Below are positions 1-11,199 of a stretch of 58,799 nucleotides of DNA, piece by piece (the first letter of the stretch is position 1; every line of letters starts with the position of its first letter). Source of the DNA: Candidatus Zhuqueibacterota bacterium (lineage in GTDB: Bacteria > Zhuqueibacterota > Zhuqueibacteria > Residuimicrobiales > Residuimicrobiaceae); contig JAFGSU010000516.1 in NCBI GenBank assembly GCA_016934435.1, forward strand, positions 1 through 58,799, written 5' to 3'. The translations under genes were made by a program, and so were the position numbers. The notes beneath the pieces are model-generated. The model did not search any database. It was not told the DNA's origin and worked only from the letters and a program-made list of their open reading frames with translations.

Positions 1-468
1 GTTGCACATTTCAATGATTTATTTCATACTCTGGAGTTTTCATCAGCTCAGGCCATTTCATCAAAGTTGATGGAATACTATCTGCAACGGAAATTTGATA
101 AAGTCTTGGTCATCTATAATGAATTCAAATCTGCGATGCAACAAAAGATAGAGGTTGAACAGTTTTTACCGATAACCCCTGTCTCCCCTGCAGAAGGTCG
201 TTTCGCCGTGGGTTTTATTTATGAGCCCGGTCCGGAGCGAATTTTAAAAGAGTTATGCCCGCTTAATTTAAATATCCAGATGTGGCGTATTTTGCTGGAA
301 TCAAACGCTTCGGAACTGGGCGCTCGCATGACTGCCATGGAAACGGCGACCGATAATGCGCAGGATATGATCAACGAACTGGTATTATATTATAATAAGG
401 CCCGACAGGCCGCCATTACCAAGGAATTGAATGAAATAGTCGGTGGAGCAGAAGCCCTGAGAGGGTAA
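1..468 (+). CDS. atpG: F1 ATP synthase gamma subunit, C-terminal part (5' end lies outside the window)
   Basis: Frame 1 is open from nt 1 with no stop before 466-468. The C-terminal helix ...ELGARMTAMETATDNAQDMINELVLYYNKARQAAITKELNEIVGGAEAL is typical of gamma. The gene is followed by atpD and atpC. Confidence 0.9.
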   Translation, partial: VAHFNDLFHTLEFSSAQAISSKLMEYYLQRKFDKVLVIYNEFKSAMQQKIEVEQFLPITPVSPAEGRFAVGFIYEPGPERILKELCPLNLNIQMWRILLESNASELGARMTAMETATDNAQDMINELVLYYNKARQAAITKELNEIVGGAEALRG

Positions 469-1917
<1,449 letters not shown>

Positions 1918-1958
1918 ATCAGTCCAGTAATAAAGTACATCGAATATAATGCAGCATC

Positions 1959-2363
1959 ATGGCCAAGACCTATAAACTTGAAATCGTCACACCCTTAAAA
2001 ATCGTATTCTCCGGCATGGTAATTCACGTTAAAGCGCCCGGAATTGCAGGCTATTTTGGCATTTTGTATCAACATGCTCCTTTTCTAACCGCACTAAAAA
2101 TAGGCATCATTGAGGTTAAAACGGAGAAGGAAGTGAAATATTTTGCTACCAGCGGTGGATTTGCCGAGGTGGTGGAAAATGAGATGAAAATTTTGGCGGA
2201 GACCTGTGAATGCGCTGAGGATATCGATGAAGAGCGGGCAAAAAATGCCCGTGACCGCGCTCTGAAGCGTTTAGCGGCCAGGTCACAGGAGATCGATATC
2301 CCGCGGGCTCAGGCAGCTTTAGGTCGCGCTCTCAATCGTATTCAGGCGGCGGACTTGAAATAA
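1959..2363 (+). CDS. atpC: F1 ATP synthase epsilon subunit
   Basis: 134 aa directly after atpD. It has the beta-sandwich plus C-terminal helical hairpin pattern (...EDIDEERAKNARDRALKRL...). Confidence 0.88.
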   Translation: MAKTYKLEIVTPLKIVFSGMVIHVKAPGIAGYFGILYQHAPFLTALKIGIIEVKTEKEVKYFATSGGFAEVVENEMKILAETCECAEDIDEERAKNARDRALKRLAARSQEIDIPRAQAALGRALNRIQAADLK

Positions 2364-2375
2364 AATAATATTTTC

Positions 2376-2404
2376 TTGACAGGAATAGAAATTATGCTTA
2401 ACAT
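2376..2404 (+). promoter_or_regulatory. Candidate sigma70-type promoter (TTGACA-17-TAACAT) for the TPR/Exb gene block
   Basis: TTGACA at 2376-2381, a 17-nt spacer, then TAACAT at 2399-2404. It sits in the atpC-to-next-gene spacer, about 65 nt upstream of the ATG at 2470. Confidence 0.45.
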
Positions 2405-2469
2405 TTAGAAATGACGAAGAGTACCGTGTCCCTTTAGTCTTCGATTTTGATGTCTCGAAAGGGCAGTAC

Positions 2470-5382
2470 ATGAATCGCTTTTTGTTTCACCATTTGCATC
2501 TGGATAGGCATCTGGTTCAATTACTGCTTCTATTGACTGCTTATCACCTCCTTCTGCCGGTAAAGCCGATCCTCTGCAAACAAACCGAGTCGCTGCAACA
2601 ATCTTCTTCATCGGAAGAGATTCCCTTCCGCGAACGTTTGCGCCACTACGTCGACATGAAAACGAACCAAGTAGTGGAAGATTTACTCGCCCGGGAAGAA
2701 CAACTCTTATCACTCGTTCATAACATTCACGATGAGATAAAGCTTCGCGATAAAGAAATCTGGTCAAAAGAGGATCATGCCTTTGCCCGCCTCGATCTTC
2801 ACTCCGACACACTCATCGATTCCTATGATCGCGAGCTGGTTCATTTAATCAAAATATATGATGACTTGAACCGATTGCGCCGTATCGCAGATTTTGCAGA
2901 GGAGACGAACGTACAATCGATGATAACGGACAGTAAAACCCGCCTCTTCAAAGCCGTAGAACATGCAGAATTATTTGCCAAAGTCCCTTTTGACTATAAA
3001 CGGTTTACCGAAATCCTTCGGGCGTACACGTTTGAACTCGATTCATTGCTCAATATTTATGACCGCCTGGAACGGTTGGAAATGGATGCCACAGCGCGTC
3101 AGGATGAAAGGGCGGTAAAATCTATTGAGGAACAAAAGGGCAGGCTATTCAAGGTGATGGCACAGTGGGGCAAATGGGGGCCTTTAGCTGAGCAGGATTT
3201 TCAGAGTTTGCAGACGGAATTGAAACAGATCGATTCCATGTTTGTGGATATCAATGCGTTCGCCGAGCAGGAGGAAGGAGATCACGCCCGACAGCTTGAA
3301 ATTATTAAACGGTCACTGATGAATCGAGTGGATCGAACGGTTTATGACCTCATGACAGATTCGGATTATCGAATGGCGTCGATGCCGACCGTCAGCGATT
3401 TTATCGATGCCTGGAAAAAGAAACGATACCTGGATGTCGAAGTCAAGTTGACGGAATATGAGATCATTTTGAAAAACCTCCTGGACACGGCCGACCAGGA
3501 AGAGCGTCAGCGAATGATTGCAAGAGATATAAATGACGCCCTTTCCAGTTACAGCGAAAAACAGTATCGATTATGTGAATATCAGATGGACGCCATTCTG
3601 AAAAGATATCGAGGTTTTCTTGTTAACAGGACACCTCTCCAATATTACCTGGCTGAATGTCAGTATAATCGCGCTGCTTACGATGCTGCCGCCGAGATGT
3701 ATAAGCAAGTGATATCTGATACCAGCGAGCCTGTTTTTTGTACTCAGTCATTGGTTCGACTCATGCAACACGCACGCGAGAATGGCCTGTCAGATGATTT
3801 ATTCGATTATTATCATCAGCTTCTTGCATGGTCGAGCAAGGCAACGGAATCCCTGTTATCGTATGCACACTTAATAGCGGCAAAGGAACATTTTAATCAA
3901 AGACAGTATGAGCAGGCAATCGTAACCCTGCAAAAAATATCCGTCTCGTCTCAGTTATACTGGATTGCCCAGCTGGTACAGGGCATCGCATATGTAAACA
4001 TGAACGACTTTGATCGAGCCGTTCTCATTTTTAAACGCTTGGCAGAACAAAAAAGCTATCCATGGACAAATCTGCAAACAGCTTATCTGAGAAATACCGC
4101 CTTGATTCGTTTGGGTTTTCTCTATTATCAACGTGGAGACTACAATCTTGCCATTAAGACATTCGACAAGGTTTCTCAGGGTTTTATTGAAAATGATCAG
4201 GCGCTCATTGGCCAGGCCTGGGCAAATTTGCGATTAGGTCGATTCGACCGGACGCTGCGAAGCAGCTCCGATATTCTGGCAAAATATCTGACTTCGCGTT
4301 TTACCTATGAGGCCCTCGTACTTGCCGCCCAATGCAAGCAGCTGATGGCGCAGCCCGAAGATGCATTGAACGCCTATCGATACGTTGTACGGGCTCGCGG
4401 AGCCAAAGAAACGAGCCGTGTGTTTCAACAGGAACGAGAGCTAACACTGCAGCAAGCGAGAGAAATCGACCGAATGGAAAAAGAGGCGATGGAGAAACGG
4501 AGGTTGGATCTCTATCAAGAAATCGAAACTGTACGTGGTCATATTGATCTGATTTTGGCTGGGTTACCCGAACAGAGCGATACGGCCATCCGTTTGATGG
4601 AAGCCTATGACGATGAGCGCCAAGAGCTATTCGATAATTTGAATAAATTGGACGCCGTTGTTTTATGGGCGGAAAACAATGGGCAAAGCGAGATTGCCGC
4701 AAGCGCCCGCCGTCAACGTAATCGTGTAATGAAAATATTATACACCTATCACCTGGACCGCAATATTGATGATACTGCCTTGTTGATGGATTTTCCTCTG
4801 GCGGCTAAAGAGTCCATGTTTACGTATAAAAATATTAATATGTCTCAAGTCTATCGTGAATTGGAACTGGAGAAACGTCAATTACAGCAGGCGATCGAAC
4901 TGGTTATGCAATATAAAAGTCAATACCCCTCTTCGGACCGAATATCTGAAATGAATGACCTAATCCTGTTGCAAGATGACCTGAACCGATTGCGCGACCG
5001 CATGAGTCGTTTTCGTAACTGGATCCACGAACAAAAAGCCGATGAGATTCAAACCAATGTCGATTATTGGAGCAATTTGGCCGGTTTTTATCTGAGTGAT
5101 ATACTCGACCAAAAAAGACATGAAAATATCGCCGAGATCAATGAAAATGCACGACGCATTCAGATGATACAGAGTCTATTTTTTAGAAAAAAAGATGAAA
5201 TCGAAAATCAACTGGCCGACTATGAACAAGATATCCGACATATTCAGAGAGAGCTCATCGCCCGTAAAAACCAACTGGAATTGTTAGAGCGCAAGACATA
5301 TTTTGAAAAATATTATTTCGACGATAAAGTTCGGGAGCAGGAGAACTGGCAAAATCTGCCGTCGACGGATAATCAGCCATGA
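2470..5382 (+). CDS. Large coiled-coil / TPR-repeat protein with a hydrophobic N-terminus (function unknown)
   Basis: 970 aa. The N-terminal hydrophobic stretch is LVQLLLLLTAYHLLLPV. The protein has long heptad-like Glu/Arg/Leu-rich segments. TPR-like units include YNLAIKTFDKV, FDRAVLIFKRLAEQ and PEDALNAYRYVV. AAGGG lies upstream of the ATG. Confidence 0.75.
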   Translation: MNRFLFHHLHLDRHLVQLLLLLTAYHLLLPVKPILCKQTESLQQSSSSEEIPFRERLRHYVDMKTNQVVEDLLAREEQLLSLVHNIHDEIKLRDKEIWSKEDHAFARLDLHSDTLIDSYDRELVHLIKIYDDLNRLRRIADFAEETNVQSMITDSKTRLFKAVEHAELFAKVPFDYKRFTEILRAYTFELDSLLNIYDRLERLEMDATARQDERAVKSIEEQKGRLFKVMAQWGKWGPLAEQDFQSLQTELKQIDSMFVDINAFAEQEEGDHARQLEIIKRSLMNRVDRTVYDLMTDSDYRMASMPTVSDFIDAWKKKRYLDVEVKLTEYEIILKNLLDTADQEERQRMIARDINDALSSYSEKQYRLCEYQMDAILKRYRGFLVNRTPLQYYLAECQYNRAAYDAAAEMYKQVISDTSEPVFCTQSLVRLMQHARENGLSDDLFDYYHQLLAWSSKATESLLSYAHLIAAKEHFNQRQYEQAIVTLQKISVSSQLYWIAQLVQGIAYVNMNDFDRAVLIFKRLAEQKSYPWTNLQTAYLRNTALIRLGFLYYQRGDYNLAIKTFDKVSQGFIENDQALIGQAWANLRLGRFDRTLRSSSDILAKYLTSRFTYEALVLAAQCKQLMAQPEDALNAYRYVVRARGAKETSRVFQQERELTLQQAREIDRMEKEAMEKRRLDLYQEIETVRGHIDLILAGLPEQSDTAIRLMEAYDDERQELFDNLNKLDAVVLWAENNGQSEIAASARRQRNRVMKILYTYHLDRNIDDTALLMDFPLAAKESMFTYKNINMSQVYRELELEKRQLQQAIELVMQYKSQYPSSDRISEMNDLILLQDDLNRLRDRMSRFRNWIHEQKADEIQTNVDYWSNLAGFYLSDILDQKRHENIAEINENARRIQMIQSLFFRKKDEIENQLADYEQDIRHIQRELIARKNQLELLERKTYFEKYYFDDKVREQENWQNLPSTDNQP

Positions 5383-8300
5383 TAAAGTTGACTCAAAAAA
5401 TAGCAAGCAAGAAAAAAGCTATTTCCACCCCCTCTATGAAAATCCGTTACAGAAAACCGATTTTACTTCGAATGGTTTTTAATTGCTTTGAATCTTGGTC
5501 AGGATTTTGGTGTTTTTTGTTTCTTTTCATTTTTTGCTTAATCCTGATGGAGGGTAACAGCCAGACACGGCTATCGGTCACTGAGGTGAGGGCAGAACAG
5601 GACTCGGCGCTGAAGGGTTATACACTGGAAGAGCTGGAACAATATAATCGTTTGTATTCTCGTGAGATCACCCGCTTACAGCGTGAAAACGTCGAATTGC
5701 GGCGGCAAGGTATTCGTGAGGCGGAATTGTTCTTGACCAGCAATCCGGCAAGTAAAGACGCGGACAAGATAATCCTGCAATTGGCGGAACTTTATTACGA
5801 TCAATCGCAGGATTACTTTCAGATTGCCATGCAGGAATTTGATTCGCTGTCAGCGCAATACCAGGGCGGGAAATTATCCGCTCCACCATCGGAGCCGAAG
5901 AAAGATTTTCGACGACCCATAGAGCTTTATTACCATCTGATTCAGCATTATCCGGCAAGCGCTCTGGCGGATGATGCTACTTATAATCTGGCGCTGTTAC
6001 TGGAAGAGACCGGTCAGGCTGATAGCGCTTTCGTTTTTTATGAAACAATACTGGAAGAGTACCCGAATACGCCCCTCAAGCCCGATGTTCTGATGAGAAT
6101 CGGTGAATACTATTTTAATCCGCCGAACAATATGATTGACCAGGCTATTCATTATTTTGAGCAGCTCCTGCAATACCGCGATAGCCCCCGATATGATGAA
6201 GCTCTGTATCGGTTAGGGTGGTGTTATTACCGCCGCAACCAGTACGCTAATGCCATCTCCTATTTTACTCTGTTAGTCGATGATATCACGCGCACAAAAC
6301 CGTATGATCCGTTTCAGAGATATTCCAATCCCTCGCTTGTGGAAGAGGCAATCGAATATATCGGCCTTTGCTTTTTAGATTATGGCGGAGTGGAAAAAGC
6401 GGCACAATATATTGACGATATCGGTGGCCGTCCCTATGGGGTGAACGTTTTAAAACGACTTGGCGATGCCTATATGGATGAAAAGGAGGATTATGCTCGG
6501 GCTCTAAAAACCTATCAAGTTTTGTTGCGTATGTATCCTTTTGATGCCATGGCGCCTGCTGTGCAGAATCGGGTGGTCCAGACATATCGACGAATGGAAG
6601 ATCAATCCATGGCTTTTTTTGCGCGTGATTTACTTTTTCAACAATACCGGGAAGGCAGTGAATGGTGGCAAAAGAATAATGATAAAGAAGCACGAAGAAG
6701 GGCGCTCATTTTTGTTGAGAGCGCCTTGCGCGATAATATTACCGTTCTCATCAATCGCGCCCAGGATAGCGGGCAGAAGGAGTTCTATCGGCAAGCAGTC
6801 GCGGAGAGTCACAAATATCTGGATTATTTTCCCAATGATTCACTTTCGGCCATGATTCACTGGAACCTATCTTTGATCCTGGATACAAAGTTGAATAAGG
6901 AAATGGAGGCGTATGAGGAATATATTAAAATCAGTCAATCTTATTTGAATACCAAATATCAGCAACACGCAGCGGAAAATGCCGTTGTTCTGGCGCGCGA
7001 GGCTGCCGATCGGACTGCAAGCCAGAGTCCATCAACCGCTCCCTCTGTACATATTGAAGATTTACGCATCCAGTTTGGGACAGTCACAGAAAAAATATTA
7101 AAGTTTCGTGAGAAAATGCGGATTCAACCAATTCCGCTATCCCGGGAACAAGAGCGACTGGCAAAGGCATATGACAACTATTTCACGCTGTTTCCGCATG
7201 GCTCTGAAACGCCTATTTTTCTGGCAAACGCCGGCACGCTTTATTATCGTCATTTTCAGTTTCGCGAAGCCTTGAAATATTACAACACGCTGTTAAAACA
7301 TTTTCCAGATAGTGAAGAGGCTCATCAGGTGCGTTTTGCTGTCATGGAGAGTTATTTTGGCAAAGCCGATTTTCGCAGTTGTGAAATCGTAGCGCGTCGT
7401 ATCCTCTATAGCGATGCGTCGGATGAGATAAAAACCAAAGCGCGGCGTCGTATGTCGGAAGCCATTTTTTTGGGAGCAGAATTGCTCGCGGATGGCAGCA
7501 AACATCTTGAGGCTGGCAATGAATATCGCCGCATGGCTCGGGAAAATCCGGGGGGTCCATTTGTCGATTTGGCGCTTTTTAATGCCGCGCTGGAATATGA
7601 AAAGGCCCATGAATTCAATCGTGCCATAGAGGCCTATAATTATCTTTTGGCCTACTATCCTCAATCTTCTTTCGTACATGACGCTCAGAATAATTTAGCC
7701 TTTGATTACGCCGAATTATATGATTACCGTAATGCTGCATTGACTTATGAAAGAGTCGCCGCAGCACATCCCGATCCTGTACAGGCACGGGATGCCTTGT
7801 ATAATGCAGGATTGTATTTCAGCCAATTAGGGGATTACCAGAACGCAATTCGCATACACAAGAACTTTTCTAAAAAATACAGCCATGATGATCTCGCAGA
7901 TGACCTGGCTTTCGAGATCGCCCATTTGTACCAGGCGCTCGATGAAGACGAACAAGCGCAGCAAGCCTACCAGCAATTCGTTGAGGATTATCCGCATTTA
8001 CCGAGAGCTGTGGAAGCGTATTATGTGCGCAGCACCTATTTTTTAAAAAAGGGAGATGCCCAAAAGGCGTCTGATGAACTGCAAAAAGCCATCGCGTGCA
8101 GTAAAGAACTGGAAAGAATGGGGCAGGATAGAAATGATTATTTTGCCGCAGAAGCTGAATTTTCGCTGGCTATGATCCATTTTGCGGAATTTGTTCAAAT
8201 CCAATTTCAACTTCCCGGCAAAACCTTGCAAGCAAACAAGGTGCGCAAAAAGGAATTGCTGCAGCAAATTGTGCATCATTTAGGCAACTGTGCCGCTTAT

Positions 8301-9983
8301 GGAACGACGAGGGTATATGAAGCAACCTACTATGTGGGCCGTACCTATCAGGAATTTGCACAAACCTGGGAATCCCAGCAAATTCCATCCATGGAACCAA
8401 ATCGCAAAATCATTGCGCAAAAAGACGTATATGATGCGTCGGTTTTATTGTACAATAGATCGGCTAAAGCCTTCTATCAGGGCGTCGTTGTGTTGACCCG
8501 GTTGGCTGAAGCGTATCGGCGCACCTTACAGGCGGGCTCTGACAGCCTGACTGCTCGGCCTACACTTACCGGCACAGTTGCCTCTGATAGTCTTTCGCGC
8601 CTTGCCGACAAATGGATCGGACAGTGCAAAGAGGGGCTCGCGGAAGTAAAGTACTGCGCGGCAAATGTTTTTTACAAGTCAGCCATCATGGTGATGGATG
8701 CTCCGGTTCCTCATAACATGGAAGCATTACAAGCGCTAACTTATCGGAAACGGATTCTGGAGGTCGGAGGCCAACCATTATTAAAAGAAAGTATGGTACA
8801 CCACCTCAACAACATGCAAGTGGCGGACTCATTGCGGATATTATCCGAGTGGATTACATTATCACAGCAGAAAGCATTCAGGATTCCACAAATTCTGCAA
8901 CGGTACTATTCTTCACTGGCAATGGACGCCTTACAACTGCTTGAGCAAAAAATGGTGCGCTATGCAGGACTTTTATACAGTCGGAGACGTTCGGAAGACC
9001 AGCTAAACCAGCTGTCAGAATACTCCGATTTGCTGACTAGTGCAGTGAATTTTGCTAGAAATTCCATGATTCGCGCCGTAGATTGCTTGTTCGAGGATTT
9101 GCTGGATGGCCTTGAAAATCAAGCTCGGAATTCAATGCTTTCGACTAACCAGGATTCGTTGATTCTGGCTGTCGTTACTTTTGCGGAGAAAAGCGACTCT
9201 CTTGTTGAAAGCACAAAGGCACGTGCCCATGAGATGCGAGGGAAATTTATACGTACACAGAATCCCGTTTATGAACAGGCGCTTTTCACGTTCGAAAAAA
9301 TCCATTTGGCTCTGTCTGAAGCCGAGAAAGAAATTGTACAGCAGGCATATACGCGCATCAAAGAATTTCAGGTAAATAACGTTTTATGGCAAATGATGCT
9401 TTTACATCTGGCAAAATTTGAACCGGATCGCTATGTAAAAGTCGCCGCACTTGAAATAAAACAACAGGTAATTTCAACCGATACAACCTGGAGATCCCAT
9501 TCCGTTTATGTCGAGAATTGGACCGGGCCTGAAGTCGATGACCACCTTTGGTCTCCGGCTGCAATTATTTCAGAGGGCAATGCGAGCATACCGGCCATAT
9601 GGATTCATAGCGGCAGGGGTGGTATTCCGCAAGTAGATTCGGCTGCCGATACGCAGACAAGCTCAGGGCTGGTTTATTTTCGCAGGACGTTTCACGTGAA
9701 CGGCTGGACGGTTGCATGTCGCATTAAGTTCCGAAAATTGGTGGAAATGAATGTGTATATGAATGGAGCTCTGGTAAAGAAATATTCGGTGAGCGACGTC
9801 GGCAAAGAGGATGAAATTGATATATCAGGATGGATCGATGATGGCGCCAACGTATTAGCCCTGGAGGCAGGGAGAAATACTGCGAATGAGGGAGGCATTG
9901 CCGCATCGATAACCTGTCGCTGGATTGCGGATTGGCATGGCAAAATGGCCCGTTTGCGTCAGGCCCTGAGCCGCAAAGATTAG
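5379..9983 (+). CDS. Giant TPR-repeat envelope protein with a C-terminal galactose-binding-like jelly-roll domain
   Basis: 1534 aa. Its start overlaps the previous stop (ATGA at 5379-5382). There is an N-terminal TM segment (FWCFLFLFIFCLILM) and many TPR units, for example DEALYRLGWCYYRRNQYANAISYF. The C-terminal ~180 aa (...YFRRTFHVNGW...NVYMNGALV...GANVLALEAG) resemble a GH2-N/galactose-binding fold. Confidence 0.8.
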   Translation: MIKLTQKIASKKKAISTPSMKIRYRKPILLRMVFNCFESWSGFWCFLFLFIFCLILMEGNSQTRLSVTEVRAEQDSALKGYTLEELEQYNRLYSREITRLQRENVELRRQGIREAELFLTSNPASKDADKIILQLAELYYDQSQDYFQIAMQEFDSLSAQYQGGKLSAPPSEPKKDFRRPIELYYHLIQHYPASALADDATYNLALLLEETGQADSAFVFYETILEEYPNTPLKPDVLMRIGEYYFNPPNNMIDQAIHYFEQLLQYRDSPRYDEALYRLGWCYYRRNQYANAISYFTLLVDDITRTKPYDPFQRYSNPSLVEEAIEYIGLCFLDYGGVEKAAQYIDDIGGRPYGVNVLKRLGDAYMDEKEDYARALKTYQVLLRMYPFDAMAPAVQNRVVQTYRRMEDQSMAFFARDLLFQQYREGSEWWQKNNDKEARRRALIFVESALRDNITVLINRAQDSGQKEFYRQAVAESHKYLDYFPNDSLSAMIHWNLSLILDTKLNKEMEAYEEYIKISQSYLNTKYQQHAAENAVVLAREAADRTASQSPSTAPSVHIEDLRIQFGTVTEKILKFREKMRIQPIPLSREQERLAKAYDNYFTLFPHGSETPIFLANAGTLYYRHFQFREALKYYNTLLKHFPDSEEAHQVRFAVMESYFGKADFRSCEIVARRILYSDASDEIKTKARRRMSEAIFLGAELLADGSKHLEAGNEYRRMARENPGGPFVDLALFNAALEYEKAHEFNRAIEAYNYLLAYYPQSSFVHDAQNNLAFDYAELYDYRNAALTYERVAAAHPDPVQARDALYNAGLYFSQLGDYQNAIRIHKNFSKKYSHDDLADDLAFEIAHLYQALDEDEQAQQAYQQFVEDYPHLPRAVEAYYVRSTYFLKKGDAQKASDELQKAIACSKELERMGQDRNDYFAAEAEFSLAMIHFAEFVQIQFQLPGKTLQANKVRKKELLQQIVHHLGNCAAYGTTRVYEATYYVGRTYQEFAQTWESQQIPSMEPNRKIIAQKDVYDASVLLYNRSAKAFYQGVVVLTRLAEAYRRTLQAGSDSLTARPTLTGTVASDSLSRLADKWIGQCKEGLAEVKYCAANVFYKSAIMVMDAPVPHNMEALQALTYRKRILEVGGQPLLKESMVHHLNNMQVADSLRILSEWITLSQQKAFRIPQILQRYYSSLAMDALQLLEQKMVRYAGLLYSRRRSEDQLNQLSEYSDLLTSAVNFARNSMIRAVDCLFEDLLDGLENQARNSMLSTNQDSLILAVVTFAEKSDSLVESTKARAHEMRGKFIRTQNPVYEQALFTFEKIHLALSEAEKEIVQQAYTRIKEFQVNNVLWQMMLLHLAKFEPDRYVKVAALEIKQQVISTDTTWRSHSVYVENWTGPEVDDHLWSPAAIISEGNASIPAIWIHSGRGGIPQVDSAADTQTSSGLVYFRRTFHVNGWTVACRIKFRKLVEMNVYMNGALVKKYSVSDVGKEDEIDISGWIDDGANVLALEAGRNTANEGGIAASITCRWIADWHGKMARLRQALSRKD

Positions 9984-9987
9984 GATT

Positions 9988-10016
9988 TTGATACAGATCC
10001 GCAGTAGCTTTATACA
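9988..10016 (+). promoter_or_regulatory. Candidate sigma70-type promoter (TTGATA-17-TATACA)
   Basis: TTGATA at 9988-9993, a 17-nt spacer, then TATACA at 10011-10016. The predicted start at about 10022-10025 coincides with the first bases of repeat copy A. Confidence 0.4.
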
Positions 10017-10020
10017 TAGC

Positions 10021-10102
10021 AGATTCGGTGTTAACTGGCAAATTGAAGGGATGAGGCGCCACCCACAGGAGTACCGAAATAATTTGTAGACACCGAATCG
10101 GT
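10021..10102 (+). repeat. Conserved intergenic element, full copy A (candidate 5'-leader RNA or operator)
   Basis: Aligns without gaps over 82 nt to 20904-20985 and 25096-25177. The 5' GATTCGGTG is complementary to the 3' CACCGAATC. The copy ends in the perfect palindrome ACCGAATCGGT (10092-10102), 25 nt before the ATG at 10127. Confidence 0.8.
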
Positions 10103-10126
10103 ATCCATTTGAACCAGGGAGCAAAA

Positions 10127-10477
10127 ATGATTTTTATTTCGAGTAGAGTGTCAGCGTTGTGGGGGATCGTCCTGTTGAGCTTTTTATCCGCTAACGGCTT
10201 AACACAGGATGTTATAAAAATGCATCCTCAATCTCGAACGGACAGTACGCTGACGAAAGAAATTCTATTGGAGGATATTTATATAGAAGCGGTCATCGAG
10301 AAACCGAGTGTCACACTGATCCCCAAACGCGTCGAACCCGATATTGGCACCATACCTTTTAAGTATCGTTCATTTGATGAGGAGCTAAAGGCCAAACCGG
10401 AGATGCTGGAAGAATATGGAAGGGAATTTGAAGAAGGAAGAAGAGCACAAAAAATTAAAAAAAATGTTGCTAAATAA
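10127..10477 (+). CDS. Small secreted protein with a Lys/Glu-rich C-terminus (unknown function), first gene of the Exb-like operon
   Basis: The ORF track starts at a TTG at 10109. The ATG at 10127 is preceded by GGGAG (10116-10120) and gives a signal peptide, MIFISSRVSALWGIVLLSFLSA. Confidence 0.6.
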   Translation: MIFISSRVSALWGIVLLSFLSANGLTQDVIKMHPQSRTDSTLTKEILLEDIYIEAVIEKPSVTLIPKRVEPDIGTIPFKYRSFDEELKAKPEMLEEYGREFEEGRRAQKIKKNVAK

Positions 10478-10546
10478 TGGAAATAGAAATATATTATAAT
10501 TTATGTTCGATTTGGCATTTTATGATTTTGCTTCCGGGAGGTATGA

Positions 10547-11197
10547 ATGGCTGAAGTGTTCAGAAGTTTTAATCCGGATGTTACCGGCTGGCAATTTATG
10601 TGGCTTTTGGTTATTCCCGCGGTTTTTGCGGTGGCCATTTCTATTGAACGTATGATCTATATCATGATTAAAAGCGACATAAATGCCGCCAAATTCATGT
10701 CGCAAATCCGCAAGTATGTGGTTGCACATGAATTTGGTAAAGCCATTGAGCTCTGCCGCATGGCGAAGGAACGTGCTTTGCCCAAAGTGGTTGCATGCGG
10801 ATTGCGCGCAGCAGCGGAAAACGATCCGGTTGATTTTCGTACGGTTCAAAATGCTGTGGATGAAGGGATGCTGGAAGTGATTCCAAGGTTACAAGAGCGA
10901 ACCAACTATCTGGCCATGATTGCCAATATTGCCACTCTGCTCGGCCTTTTAGGGACGATCTATGGGCTCATCATTGCTTTTCGTTCCATTTCCGCACCCG
11001 GCATCGACGCCACGGAGAAGGCAAGGTTGCTTTCGGCTGGAATCTCCACTGCCATGAATACGACCCTTGTAGGACTTTCCATTGCCATTCCTACGATCTT
11101 TTTTTATACGTTTCTGGTGAATAAAACAAACAAGATCATAGATGAGATAGACGAACATATGGTCAAGTTGATCAACCTGCTGACCGGGAATCGTTAA
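10547..11197 (+). CDS. MotA/TolQ/ExbB-family proton channel
   Basis: 216 aa with three TM segments. The conserved C-terminal region is LGLLGTIYGLIIAF...ISTAMNTTLVGLSIAIP. Confidence 0.9.
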   Translation: MAEVFRSFNPDVTGWQFMWLLVIPAVFAVAISIERMIYIMIKSDINAAKFMSQIRKYVVAHEFGKAIELCRMAKERALPKVVACGLRAAAENDPVDFRTVQNAVDEGMLEVIPRLQERTNYLAMIANIATLLGLLGTIYGLIIAFRSISAPGIDATEKARLLSAGISTAMNTTLVGLSIAIPTIFFYTFLVNKTNKIIDEIDEHMVKLINLLTGNR

Positions 11198-11199
11198 GT

